Part shown: positions 49,157-58,549 of the stretch, in pieces
Position numbering within the stretch: position 1 is the first letter of the stretch
Layout of the letters: every line of letters starts with the position of its first letter
Source of the DNA: a candidate division FCPU426 bacterium
Lineage (GTDB): Bacteria; Oederibacteriota; Muellerivitia; Muellerivitales; Muellerivitaceae
Assembly: GCA_963771075.1 (NCBI GenBank)
Contig: CAVYSE010000024.1
Coordinates: 32,001 to 96,000 of the forward strand
Reading direction: 5' to 3'
DNA: 64,000 bases
The notes under the pieces: model-generated
What the model was told of the DNA's origin: nothing
The model's database searches: none
What the model saw: the letters and a program-made list of their open reading frames with translations, nothing else
Translations under genes and position numbers: made by a program

Positions 49157-49537
49157 GTGAGCTTAAGCCAGTTTTTTTTCATCGTCACTGGTGCGTCCAT
49201 CGGGGCTTTGAGCCGTTTTGGTTTAGGTCTATGGGTGACCGCTAAATTAGGGTCGAATTTCGCTTATGGTACTTGGTTTATCAATTTGATCGGATCTTTT
49301 GTACTGGGATTATTTTTGACCCTTCACTTGGACAGGGGATTGTTCCATCCTAATGTTCGATATTTCGTGGCTGTCGGATGGTGTGCTTCCTTTACCACTT
49401 ATTCGACCTTCAGTTGGGAGACTTTCCGGTACTTCCAGGAAGGAGACTTTATGAGGGCGGGTTTGAATGTCACCTTGACCTTGGTAGGTTGTTTTTTGGC
49501 TTCATGGGGCGGTGTTGTTGTGGCAAGACTGTTGTAA
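49157..49537 (+). CDS. crcB: Fluoride channel Fluc/CrcB
   Basis: GASIGALSRF, GTWFINLIGSF and FTTYSTF motifs; riboswitch context. Confidence 0.9.
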   Translation: MSLSQFFFIVTGASIGALSRFGLGLWVTAKLGSNFAYGTWFINLIGSFVLGLFLTLHLDRGLFHPNVRYFVAVGWCASFTTYSTFSWETFRYFQEGDFMRAGLNVTLTLVGCFLASWGGVVVARLL

Positions 49538-49555
49538 AAAGAAGGAGGGCTCAAT

Positions 49556-49927
49556 ATGGACGTTATAGGTAAATGCAAGGTACTCCGCGTTTATGTGGAC
49601 GAAGAACTGAAGTGGAAAGGCAAACTCCTTTACAAAGCTATCGTGGATCGGTTGTTGGCGGAAAAAGTGACCGCTGGTGCGACGGTCTTCAAGTGTGTAG
49701 AGGGCTTTGGGTCTTCTTCACATCTTCACACCAGTCGTATCATTGAAGTCATGGAAGAATTGCCCATGATCATCGAAATAGTGGACAAGCCTAATCGAGC
49801 CTTGAAGGCCCTGAACATTATCGAGGAAATGCTTCCAAACCATTGCTTGGTGACAGTTCATGAAACCCAGGTGCTTCATTATCACAAGGCGGACGGCAAG
49901 CATACCAAGACGAAGAAGTGGAAATAA
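49556..49927 (+). CDS. DUF190 (PII-like) protein
   Basis: GATVFKCVEGFG..HTSRI..LPMIIEIVD; a typical crcB neighbour. Confidence 0.85.
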   Translation: MDVIGKCKVLRVYVDEELKWKGKLLYKAIVDRLLAEKVTAGATVFKCVEGFGSSSHLHTSRIIEVMEELPMIIEIVDKPNRALKALNIIEEMLPNHCLVTVHETQVLHYHKADGKHTKTKKWK

Positions 49928-49929
49928 AA

Positions 49930-51636
49930 ATGAAGGATTTTCCGGGTCAGGATGGCAATTCCACGCCAAGCCTCCCGAATGATTCTCGGACTATTTTTAC
50001 TGAAGCGGGGGATATCCTGTCATTTGCGGATTCCATCGCCCGCCGCTGGGGTATTTCAGTTCTTCTACCTCAAATCTATAATTTATCCGAATTTATAAAT
50101 GAATCCGATTCCGTGGATGTGGTCTTGTTGGGAAGATTCAAGGCGGGAAAAAGTTCAATCTTGAACGCCTTATTGGGCAGGAATATTTTTCCGGTCGATG
50201 TCCTGCCGGCAACTGCGGTCATAACCCGCGTGTCCGGCGGGTTGACTGATCACGTGAGTGTTTTGTACAGGGACGGGCACTTGGAAACGGTGCCCTTGAG
50301 TGAAATTAAAGAATATGTCACCGAAAGGGGAAACCCCCAAAATATCAGGAAAGTCGTTAGGGTTGAAGTTCGTGCGACTGGCTTGCGATCTTTTGGCGGG
50401 ATTCGGTGGGTGGATTCGCCTGGTCTCGGAAGCCTGCATGCAAGCAACACCGAAGCGACTTTGGATTGGCTCCCTAGGGTGGGAGCTGCCCTGGTGGCGG
50501 TAGCCGTGGATCAGCCTCTTGGCGAAGAAGATCGGGTTCTTCTTCGCAAACTGGAGGAACAAACCCCGTTTATTGTGATTCTTTTAACTAAGGCCGATCT
50601 AATATCTGGAGAACAATTGGAATCGGTCGTTCAATATGTCGATTCGCAATTGACAGAGAATTTTGAGAGGGAATTGCCAGTTTTTCCCGTTTCAACCCGA
50701 CCTGGGTACGAAGAATCCGTTTCAAGACTTAAAAACAGCCTCCAAGCCAGACTTGGAGGGAACCGCACCAGTGAAGAAAACAAGATTATCCTCTACAAAT
50801 TAGAAGCCATCCTGAAAAACTGCCGGGGTTACCTGGGGCTTTCACTCCGAGCCGCCCGTTCCGGGACTTTATCCGGGACGAAGCTTTCCCAAGCCATTGA
50901 AGAGGAATGGGTCTTCCTTTCCACTTTAGAGGATAATTTCCATCTGGTGGTGGATCAGTCAAGTCGTCGAATCCGGGAGTCTCTTGAGAGCTGTTTCGTT
51001 TCAAAGTCGCAGGAGTTGACCCGTAAGCTCCAAAGGGAATTGAAAGAGAAACTTTTGGGTTGGCGGGGAAATTTAGCCGAGGAAAGCAGGTGGTTTCAGG
51101 AATGGCTCGATTCCCAGTTGGTTTCCGAGTTGGACCGATTGGGCCGGGAAAACCAGGATGTTTGGAAGGTCCATGTCCGGAAAGTGGAGGGCGGTCTCAA
51201 CCGGGATCTCCAGGCCTTTGGGGACCGGATTTCGATCAAAATTAAGGAAGCCCTTCAATACGAATACGCCGGGACTTCCTTTGAGGCAAAGTCGACCCCT
51301 TTGGAAAAGCCAAGCACCCATCTTGACAGGGTATTTGATACGCCCTTTGAAATCATATGGTTCCTAATTCCAATGCCGGTCTTCCGGGTTCTGGTTCACA
51401 GGCATTTCATCAATTCCTTGCCGTGGCAGGTCGAAAAACATCTTTACCGTTTATCGTCGGAATGGACGGAGAGAATCATGGATTCCATCCAGGGAATGAT
51501 GGAAAAGGCCGGAAAGCATGTTCGGGACGAGTTGGAGTCCCTCGCGAACCTTTTGAAGGAAAGGATGGATGCAAGTGGAAGTATTGAGAAAGATTTGGGC
51601 CGATTAGGCGAGTTGGAGAGTTTAATCCGTTTATGA
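49930..51636 (+). CDS. Bacterial dynamin-like GTPase
   Basis: G1 GRFKAGKS, PATAVIT, G3 DSPG and G4 TKAD motifs, with a helical C-terminus. Confidence 0.85.
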   Translation: MKDFPGQDGNSTPSLPNDSRTIFTEAGDILSFADSIARRWGISVLLPQIYNLSEFINESDSVDVVLLGRFKAGKSSILNALLGRNIFPVDVLPATAVITRVSGGLTDHVSVLYRDGHLETVPLSEIKEYVTERGNPQNIRKVVRVEVRATGLRSFGGIRWVDSPGLGSLHASNTEATLDWLPRVGAALVAVAVDQPLGEEDRVLLRKLEEQTPFIVILLTKADLISGEQLESVVQYVDSQLTENFERELPVFPVSTRPGYEESVSRLKNSLQARLGGNRTSEENKIILYKLEAILKNCRGYLGLSLRAARSGTLSGTKLSQAIEEEWVFLSTLEDNFHLVVDQSSRRIRESLESCFVSKSQELTRKLQRELKEKLLGWRGNLAEESRWFQEWLDSQLVSELDRLGRENQDVWKVHVRKVEGGLNRDLQAFGDRISIKIKEALQYEYAGTSFEAKSTPLEKPSTHLDRVFDTPFEIIWFLIPMPVFRVLVHRHFINSLPWQVEKHLYRLSSEWTERIMDSIQGMMEKAGKHVRDELESLANLLKERMDASGSIEKDLGRLGELESLIRL

Positions 51637-51681
51637 GCCGGTTTTGGCATTGGGCGTTCATTACTTTTAAGGAGAAGTTAA

Positions 51682-52956
51682 ATGGCAAAGATATCCTCGG
51701 TTAAGGCAATGGAAATTTTGGACTCAAGGGGAAACCCGACAGTGAGGGTTTGGGCGGAATTGGAAAGCGGCGTGAAGGTTTCAGCTTCCGTGCCTTCCGG
51801 CGCTTCCACGGGAGAAAACGAAGCGGTAGAGCTTCGGGACGGGGACAAGAAACGCTTCGGCGGGAAAGGGGTCCTGAAAGCCGTTGAGAACGTGAACAAG
51901 GTGATTGCCTCGGCTATCAAGGGAATGGATGCGGAGCGGCAGGCGGAGTTGGACCGGCGCATGATCGAGTTGGATGGCACTCCCAACAAGGCCAAATTAG
52001 GGGCCAATGCCATCCTGGGGGTTTCCATGGCGGTGGCGCGGGCGGCGTCGGTCGAAGCCGAAATTCCCCTTTATTCATATCTTGGAGGAACGGGAGCCGT
52101 AAGGCTTCCAGTTCCCCAGATGAACATCCTCAATGGGGGTAAGCACGCGGACAACAGCGTTGACTTCCAGGAATTCATGGCTATGCCGATAGGCGCTCCC
52201 AATTTTACAGAAGCCCTTCGGTGGGGGGCCGAGGTTTTTCATGCCTTGAGGGGTATCTTGCACCAAAAGAAATATGCGACGGGGGTGGGGGATGAGGGTG
52301 GTTTCGCGCCGAATTTAAAAAGCAATGAGGAGGCTGTGGAGGTGATTGTCCAGGCCATCGAGGTGGCGGGCTATAAGCCGGGCAGGGATGTCGCCATAGC
52401 ACTGGACCCTGCGGCCAGTTCCTTTTACGAGAAAGGGGTTTATGCACTGACCAAGTCAGGGCAAGGGAACAAATCCAGCAAAGAAATGACCGAACTTTAC
52501 AAGGGATGGGTTGAGAAATTTCCCATTGTTTCCATCGAGGATGGGTTGGATGAGAACGATTGGGATGGTTTCAAGGAACATACGGCGGTCCTGGGGGGCA
52601 AGATCCAGATTGTTGGGGATGACATTTACGTTACGAACACGAAGTTTATCGCTCGTGGCATCAAAGAAAAAACCACCAATTCAGTACTGATAAAGCTCAA
52701 CCAGATTGGTACGGTCACGGAAACTATTGAGGCTATTCAACTCTGCCGCAAGGCTGGGTGGAGTTATGTCATCTCCCACAGGTCGGGGGAAACCGAGGAC
52801 GCCTTCATGGCGGATTTCGCGGTCGCCATGGGGGGTGGACAGATCAAGACCGGATCGGCTTGCCGGAGTGAAAGAATCGCTAAGTACAACCGTCTCTTGG
52901 AAATAGAAGCCGAATTAGGCAAATCTGCGGTCTTCGGTAATCCATTCAAGGAATAG
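51682..52956 (+). CDS. eno: Enolase
   Basis: [31 protein letters not shown] and QIKTGS motifs. Confidence 0.97.
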   Translation: MAKISSVKAMEILDSRGNPTVRVWAELESGVKVSASVPSGASTGENEAVELRDGDKKRFGGKGVLKAVENVNKVIASAIKGMDAERQAELDRRMIELDGTPNKAKLGANAILGVSMAVARAASVEAEIPLYSYLGGTGAVRLPVPQMNILNGGKHADNSVDFQEFMAMPIGAPNFTEALRWGAEVFHALRGILHQKKYATGVGDEGGFAPNLKSNEEAVEVIVQAIEVAGYKPGRDVAIALDPAASSFYEKGVYALTKSGQGNKSSKEMTELYKGWVEKFPIVSIEDGLDENDWDGFKEHTAVLGGKIQIVGDDIYVTNTKFIARGIKEKTTNSVLIKLNQIGTVTETIEAIQLCRKAGWSYVISHRSGETEDAFMADFAVAMGGGQIKTGSACRSERIAKYNRLLEIEAELGKSAVFGNPFKE

Positions 52957-52966
52957 GGGAAGGCCT

Positions 52967-53638
52967 TTGGAAAAACACACTCCATACTTCAAGGTTTTGG
53001 AAACCATTCAAAAAAGCCGGGATTGCGGGTTGTGTGTTCTGGAAAAGGGAGCGGTTCATTCCTATTTTGAGGCATTCCTTTACGAGAATGTGAATGACCA
53101 TGGTGCCCGCGAAGCCTTGCGGGCTTCCAGGGGTTGGTGCCCGTTTCATGCACACCACTTGATTGGATTCCACGACACCCTTGCACTTTCCATCCTCTTC
53201 AAAGAACAGGCGCTCCTTGCCGGGTATTTTCTTGAGAAACAGATGGAGAAAACACACTTCTTTTCAGAATGGGTCAGCCATGCAAAGTGTCCTGCGTGTA
53301 TCCAAACCATACAGATACGACAGCATTACCTTGCTATCTTGGTGAAGGGATTAATAGAGGAAGAGGAAATGCGTTCGGCTTTTTTTGGGAATTTTCATGT
53401 CTGCCTCAATCATTTTATGTTGGTAGTGGACGCGCTGTCGGACGATGCCTTCAAGAGGCAATTGGTGGACCGGATGTGGCAACGCCTAGCCGATTTGGCT
53501 GGACGACTGGAACAATATTGCCAGGACTGCCAGATAAACGCGGCGGGTGAAACTTTCGATTCACCCCACCGCTATGCTTGGAAGGAAGCTGTTGAGACAG
53601 TTGCCGGGTTGAAAGACGTTTTCGAGTCGCCGTTGTAA
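52967..53638 (+). CDS. Cys/His-rich hypothetical protein (DUF6062-like)
   Basis: CGLC, YENVND, GWCPFH, CPAC and CLNH motifs. Confidence 0.65.
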   Translation: MEKHTPYFKVLETIQKSRDCGLCVLEKGAVHSYFEAFLYENVNDHGAREALRASRGWCPFHAHHLIGFHDTLALSILFKEQALLAGYFLEKQMEKTHFFSEWVSHAKCPACIQTIQIRQHYLAILVKGLIEEEEMRSAFFGNFHVCLNHFMLVVDALSDDAFKRQLVDRMWQRLADLAGRLEQYCQDCQINAAGETFDSPHRYAWKEAVETVAGLKDVFESPL

Positions 53639-53979
53639 TAAGACCCGTTATCGTTTTTGGTTCCCAGAACCCCATAAGTTTTTTCGGGAGATCATCAAAG
53701 GAAAAGAAAAAGTGAGGTGGGGGTGTTACTTCCTATGCCCCTAGGGAAAGTTGCTTTTGAATCTATCCTCAATCCTGGTAAAATGCCAAACAGCAAGGGA
53801 CATTAGGAGGCAGTATGAGCAAGCCTAATGTTCACGGACTTCCCCAACATCTTCGGAAAGATAGCGGGGGATATTTCCTGGATTTTTTTACCTGCACATG
53901 CCTGTCGCAAAAAGGATAGTGTGCAACTTTTTTTTGGCCAGCTATATTAGTAAAAGCTAATTAAGGTCGGGAGGTTGAG

Positions 53980-54135
53980 ATGAGGATAGTGTTAGGTGTC
54001 GTAATTGGGGCTGTTTTGGGCTTTGGATACCACAAATTAGTCGGTTGTTCGACCGGGGCATGCCCCATCACCGCCAATCCCTGGATCAGCACGTTTTATG
54101 GGGCATTGATGGGCTTTTTCTTCACACACGCTTAA
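53980..54135 (+). CDS. Small membrane protein (DUF6132-like)
   Basis: MRIVLGVVIGAVLGFGYHKLVGCSTGACPITANPWISTFYGALMGFFFTHA*, with a GGAGG RBS; below the ORF-track length cutoff. Confidence 0.75.
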   Translation: MRIVLGVVIGAVLGFGYHKLVGCSTGACPITANPWISTFYGALMGFFFTHA

Positions 54136-54152
54136 ATAAAAGGAGCAAAAAC

Positions 54153-54584
54153 ATGGGTGCGTTTACTTCGTTGATCAAATCGGTATTGGGTTTGGGGGTT
54201 TCGGATCCGGCGGCGGAGGTATCCCCTCAGGATGCTTTTGAGCGATTAAAGGCAGGTAAAACTATCCAACTGGTGGATGTGAGAAGCGAGGAAGAAAACA
54301 AGCAGGGCTATATCACGGGGGCCAGGTCAATCCCATTGCAAGAGTTGGGAAACCGGACAAGCGAGATCAATAAAAATGAACCGGTTCTTCTTTATTGTCA
54401 AAGCGGAGCCCGTAGCGGAATGGCTTTGGCTCTTTTGAAGGGGAAGGGATATAGCCAAATCGCCCATATTTCGGGCGGGATCTCAGCCTGGAGACGAAAT
54501 AACCTTCCGCTTGAAACTGAGCCCGAAACTAACAAAGAATATACAACTGGGCAAAGTTGTTCTTTAAAGAGGCCGGGGAGGTAA
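54153..54584 (+). CDS. Rhodanese-like sulfurtransferase
   Basis: LVDVRS.EE, YCQSGARS and GGISAW motifs. Confidence 0.88.
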   Translation: MGAFTSLIKSVLGLGVSDPAAEVSPQDAFERLKAGKTIQLVDVRSEEENKQGYITGARSIPLQELGNRTSEINKNEPVLLYCQSGARSGMALALLKGKGYSQIAHISGGISAWRRNNLPLETEPETNKEYTTGQSCSLKRPGR

Positions 54585-54587
54585 CGC

Positions 54588-54971
54588 ATGACCCTGTTAT
54601 TTTTGGGGATTGGTCTGGTCGCCGGGCTGGCGGCTGGTTTTTTTGGTGTCGGCGGAGGCATTCTCATCGTTCCGGCACTCACTTTTTTAGCTGGCTTCAC
54701 GCAGGAACGGGCTACAGGTACTAGCCTGGCGGTTCTACTTCCTCCTGTGGGGCTCCTGGCGGTAATCGAATATTACCGGCATGGCAACGTGGACCTTAAG
54801 GCTGGAGTTTTGATCGCTTTGGGGCTGATCCTGGGTGCCTGGCTCGGGGCTTTAGAGGCGCATAAACTTCCCGAAGTCTGGCTTAAGATGGTTTTCGGAA
54901 TTTTTGTCACCCTGGTTGGACTTTGGATCATTTTAGGCGCCCTCAAGGGCTTCAATGTGAGGGGCCTTTAG
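54588..54971 (+). CDS. TauE/SafE (TSUP) family half-transporter
   Basis: GFFGVGGGILIVP and ATGTSL motifs. Confidence 0.85.
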   Translation: MTLLFLGIGLVAGLAAGFFGVGGGILIVPALTFLAGFTQERATGTSLAVLLPPVGLLAVIEYYRHGNVDLKAGVLIALGLILGAWLGALEAHKLPEVWLKMVFGIFVTLVGLWIILGALKGFNVRGL

Positions 54972-54975
54972 CCCG

Positions 54976-55474
54976 ATTGTGCCACCGGATTGTGCCAACT
55001 TAATCTATACACCGCGTATACCTTGAATGGCACAATCACCTGAATTGGCAGCCTCACTGCCAATTCAACAATCGCTAAATATACCCAGGGTATAAACCCA
55101 ATATTGTGCCACCCGATTGTGCTATCTATGCGACCGTATAATTACCACGCCGTGGTAAAACTTGGCACAATAACTGGCACAATCACATCCCCTTGTCGGA
55201 GTCTCCGACAATTCATTTACCTTTATTTATGCCGTCAGCATAACCCCGCCATTGTGCCACCCGATTGTGCCAACCAAATTTATACACCGCGTATATCTTG
55301 AATGGCACAATCCAACGTAGTGGCCGCATTGCGGCCACTGGGGTTCGATATTGACATTTTCTTAAGCCTGAATAAATTAATGGAAATTGTGCCACCGGAT
55401 TGTGCCATTGTGCCAACCGTTCACCGCATATGGCGGGTTAGCTAAGTGGCACAATACCGACGGAATGGCACAAT
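54976..55474. repeat. Array of ATTGTGCCA/TGGCACAAT repeats interleaved with diverse palindromes
   Basis: 8 exact ATTGTGCCA and 6 TGGCACAAT copies in four units starting at 54976, 55103, 55251 and 55386. Confidence 0.9.
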
Positions 55475-55530
55475 CGTTAATCAGTGGGATTGGCACGGGG
55501 AGGGCTGATCCAATTATTTGGAGGTTTTAT

Positions 55531-56337
55531 ATGAGTTCTATGAGGACTGATTTAGAAAGCAAAATAGAATCGATCGTTTTATGGTCGTTTCTTTGGATAG
55601 CCACACTCGTTCATGCGGGTCTTACCGTTGGTGTAATGGTTGCAACAGCTAAATTCCCTCCTGGGTATGAACTTTCAACAAATTGGGTCAATCTCCTTAG
55701 CCAAGGCCCAACATCAGTAACTTTCTGGTTTTACATCATTGTTCTTGGGGTGAGCACCGTTTTTGAAAGCGACTTTAAAGGTCGCTTAGCTTATGTAAAG
55801 TCCAGTTTTCCCTTTCCTGACATTCAATATAGTCATGTGGCTGGGGTTTTATGGGCGGTTTTGTGGCTTTTTGGCCACTTGGGTGCCTCAAACGGATGGT
55901 TTACCTTTCCAAATAAATTGGGCGCAACATTTTGGACCTGTTTATTATTTGTGTTTCTTCAACGCAGTTGGAATAAAAGCAACTATGAAGAGGATCTTCA
56001 AAAAAACTCAGAAAATGCAGAAGCACCCCAGAAAACAGAAATCGCCAAGCCCCTGGAAAGGGTTCCAATTTCAAAGCCTGTGTCGGCGGCGGTCCCCGCC
56101 GCCTCGAAACCAACGGTTTCTGACAATGCCGATGTGACGGAAAAGGTCATTGAATATGTTCGCCAGAACGGCCAGGCCAAAACCGGGGGATTGATAGGAG
56201 TGTTGGGTACCCCCAGGAGAACCGTGATCCGAAACCTGAACAAGCTTATCGAGGAAGGCAAGCTGGTCAGGGAGGGGCATGGCGCTGGCGCGGTATACAG
56301 GCTTAATGACAACCCGAAAGAAGAGCGGTTTAACTAA
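55531..56337 (+). CDS. Membrane protein with a C-terminal winged-HTH domain
   Basis: About four hydrophobic segments, a linker, then KVIEYVRQNG..TPRRTVIRNLNKLIEEGKLVREG..YRL; GGAGG RBS. Confidence 0.75.
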   Translation: MSSMRTDLESKIESIVLWSFLWIATLVHAGLTVGVMVATAKFPPGYELSTNWVNLLSQGPTSVTFWFYIIVLGVSTVFESDFKGRLAYVKSSFPFPDIQYSHVAGVLWAVLWLFGHLGASNGWFTFPNKLGATFWTCLLFVFLQRSWNKSNYEEDLQKNSENAEAPQKTEIAKPLERVPISKPVSAAVPAASKPTVSDNADVTEKVIEYVRQNGQAKTGGLIGVLGTPRRTVIRNLNKLIEEGKLVREGHGAGAVYRLNDNPKEERFN

Positions 56338-56382
56338 AAACGCCAGAAAATTCGAGGTTTCGTCACAAATTTCAATTAGTGG

Positions 56383-56438
56383 TTAAAATCCTTTGATGCC
56401 AATTGTGATAGTCCGCCGGTTCGAGTCCAACCCGGGGA
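56383..56438 (+). other. Degenerate tRNA-Leu 3' fragment, possible att site
   Basis: TTAAAATC...GCCGGTTCGAGTCCAACCCGGGGA resembles the tRNA 3' end GTCGGTTCAAGTCCGACCTCGGGCA. Confidence 0.5.
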
Positions 56439-56606
56439 ATCGAAAAATATAGGAGCGAGTAATGTCTAAAAAACTGTTGTTTATTTATTTTTTGTTTTTT
56501 CCGTTTATGGCTAATGCCCAAACTCAACCTCGTTTTTATTTTGGCTATGGCGTTGAATTTAGGGATTTGTCAGCTAAGAAAAGCGAAATAAGGAATAAAG
56601 AAATTC

Positions 56607-58019
56607 CACTCTTGTCCTAAATAAAGGACTAAAAAAAGACACCTCCGACTGAAGTAGAATTGGGTTAGTCGACAAGCCCAAAGCGACGGTTACCAGCCGT
56701 CGCTACTTCAAACATCCGGAGGCGTATTTCGATGGTACCACCAACCAGTCTTTTTGCCCAAGTGTTGAAAATTGTGGATCGCACGGCTTTTGAACGAATT
56801 GTGCGGGAGTTTGAAGCCGAAAAACACGCCAAGGGGTTCAGTTGCTGGAATCAGTTTGTTTCCATGCTTTTCTGCCAGATGGGAGCCGCCCATTCCTTGA
56901 GGGAAATCTGTGGTGGCCTCCACACGGCCCTTGGGAAATTGACCCATTTGGGTCTTTGCGAAGCACCCACTAAATCCACCTTGGCTTACGCTAACGCCAA
57001 CCGTCCTTGGCAGGTTCAGCAAAGTCTTTTCTACCATCTGCTATCGAAGTGTCAGCTACAGGCGGCCATCTCGAAGAGGAAATTCAAGTTCAAGAATCCC
57101 CTCTACAGCCTGGACTCCAGCACCATTGATCTTTGTTTGTCAGTCTTCGACTGGGCAAAGTTCCGTAGGACCAAAGGGGCCATCAAACTCCATCTCTTGC
57201 TGGATCATCAGGGATACTTGCCCTGCTGGGGACTCGTAACGGAGGGAGGCGTGCATGACGTGAAAGTGGCTCAAAAGCTGGATTTTCCGGTGGATTCAAT
57301 CGTAGTGATGGATCGGGGATATGTGGATTTCTTTCTTCTGGCCCGATGGACGTTCCAAGGCGTGTGGTGGGTGACCCGTGCCAAGATCAACATGGCCTAC
57401 GAGGTGGTGAAGAACCTGCCGGTTCCGAAAACGGGCAACGTCCTGAAGGACCAAGTGATACGGTTAACAACGTTTCGGTCACAGGAAGCCTACCCGAAAG
57501 AGATGCGACGAGTGGTGGTATGGGACGAAGACCAGAAGCGGGAACTCGTATTCCTTACCAACCACATGGGTTTTGCTGCCTCGACGGTGGCGGCCATCTA
57601 CAAGGAACGTTGGCAGATCGAGTTGTTCTTCAAGGCTCTCAAGCAGAACTTACGGGTGAAGACTTTCGTAGGGACCACTGAGAATGCTGTTCAGACGCAG
57701 ATTTGGACAGCATTGATTGCCATGCTGCTGTTGAAATTCCTTCAACTGAAGAGCCATATCGCCTGGAGCCTGTCCCACTTGGCGGCCATGCTGCGGATGA
57801 ATCTATTGACCTACCGCGATTTGTGGGCTTGGTTGGATGCACCATTCCTGGTGGCGAGATTGGAACCGGCGGAAAAACAGATGGAATTAATACCCTCGTG
57901 ATTTGGACAGCATCCGGACGAAAGGGGGGGGCTTATCCCTGGAAATTCACAAACCTGTCCAAAATCGCTTGTTTTTCTTGGGGGGCAGCGGTCAGATTGA
58001 GTTGTTTAGGATAGCAGTG
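56607..58019 (+). mobile_element. IS4-family insertion sequence
   Basis: Imperfect terminal IRs CACTCTTGTCCTAAATAA / TTGTTTAGGATAGCAGTG; 9-bp TSD AAGAAATTC at 56598-56606 and 58020-58028. Confidence 0.92.
56732..57901 (+). CDS. IS4-family DDE transposase
   Basis: LDSSTIDL, MDRGY and YKERWQIELFFKALKQ motifs. Confidence 0.95.
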   Translation: MVPPTSLFAQVLKIVDRTAFERIVREFEAEKHAKGFSCWNQFVSMLFCQMGAAHSLREICGGLHTALGKLTHLGLCEAPTKSTLAYANANRPWQVQQSLFYHLLSKCQLQAAISKRKFKFKNPLYSLDSSTIDLCLSVFDWAKFRRTKGAIKLHLLLDHQGYLPCWGLVTEGGVHDVKVAQKLDFPVDSIVVMDRGYVDFFLLARWTFQGVWWVTRAKINMAYEVVKNLPVPKTGNVLKDQVIRLTTFRSQEAYPKEMRRVVVWDEDQKRELVFLTNHMGFAASTVAAIYKERWQIELFFKALKQNLRVKTFVGTTENAVQTQIWTALIAMLLLKFLQLKSHIAWSLSHLAAMLRMNLLTYRDLWAWLDAPFLVARLEPAEKQMELIPS

Positions 58020-58549
58020 AAGAAATTCAAAATAGAATTGAAATGTTGCGTAAGAAGTTTCGAAAAGGCCAGCCGTATGATGCTGTAACAATTCCTAAAA
58101 TCAGTATAGAAAATAAAATTCATCCTAGTCCGTCCGAAACGCTTTGGGCGTTTAAAAATTCTAAATTAATTGGGACGACCCATGCTAGTAAATATTCCAT
58201 TGAGTATGGTGAAGAGGATGAAACTTGGAGTTTTCGTTTTTTTGTTAAAGATTCTAAATTGAATGAATATGAGATTCTTTTTGTTTCGGTTCCATCTGAC
58301 ACAAAAACAGATGATTTGCCGATGGAATGCCATTATGAAAAGCTTTCCACCAAAAGTGGGCTGGAAAAGCTGTTAGCTAACATAAAAAAAGTTGATTTAC
58401 CGAGAAAAAGTCCTTTTGAAAAGATTTACACCAATGATGAAATGGAAAAACTACTGGAACTTATAGATTATGACGATCAAGCAGAATTATCTCCCTCGGA
58501 AGTGGAAACGTTAAAAAGATTGATGGAACAGAACTATCCGGTGAAATTC

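Larger units (their letters stand above)
56462..58549 (+). pseudogene. Exported hypothetical protein interrupted by IS4 and truncated by IS256
   Basis: MSKKLLFIYFLFFPFMANAQ...NKEI joins in frame to QNRIEMLRKKF... once the IS4 and one copy of its target-site duplication (TSD) are removed. Confidence 0.8.

Noticed and set aside
54976..55474. CRISPR or TIGR array interpretation
   Set aside because: Repeats are only 9 bp, occur in both orientations and are irregularly spaced; no cas or Nop-domain gene is seen in the window.
55104..55530. Short ORFs and the N-terminal extension of ORF 55387-56337 (MCHRIVP...)
   Set aside because: Translations of the DNA repeat; the RBS points to the ATG at 55531.
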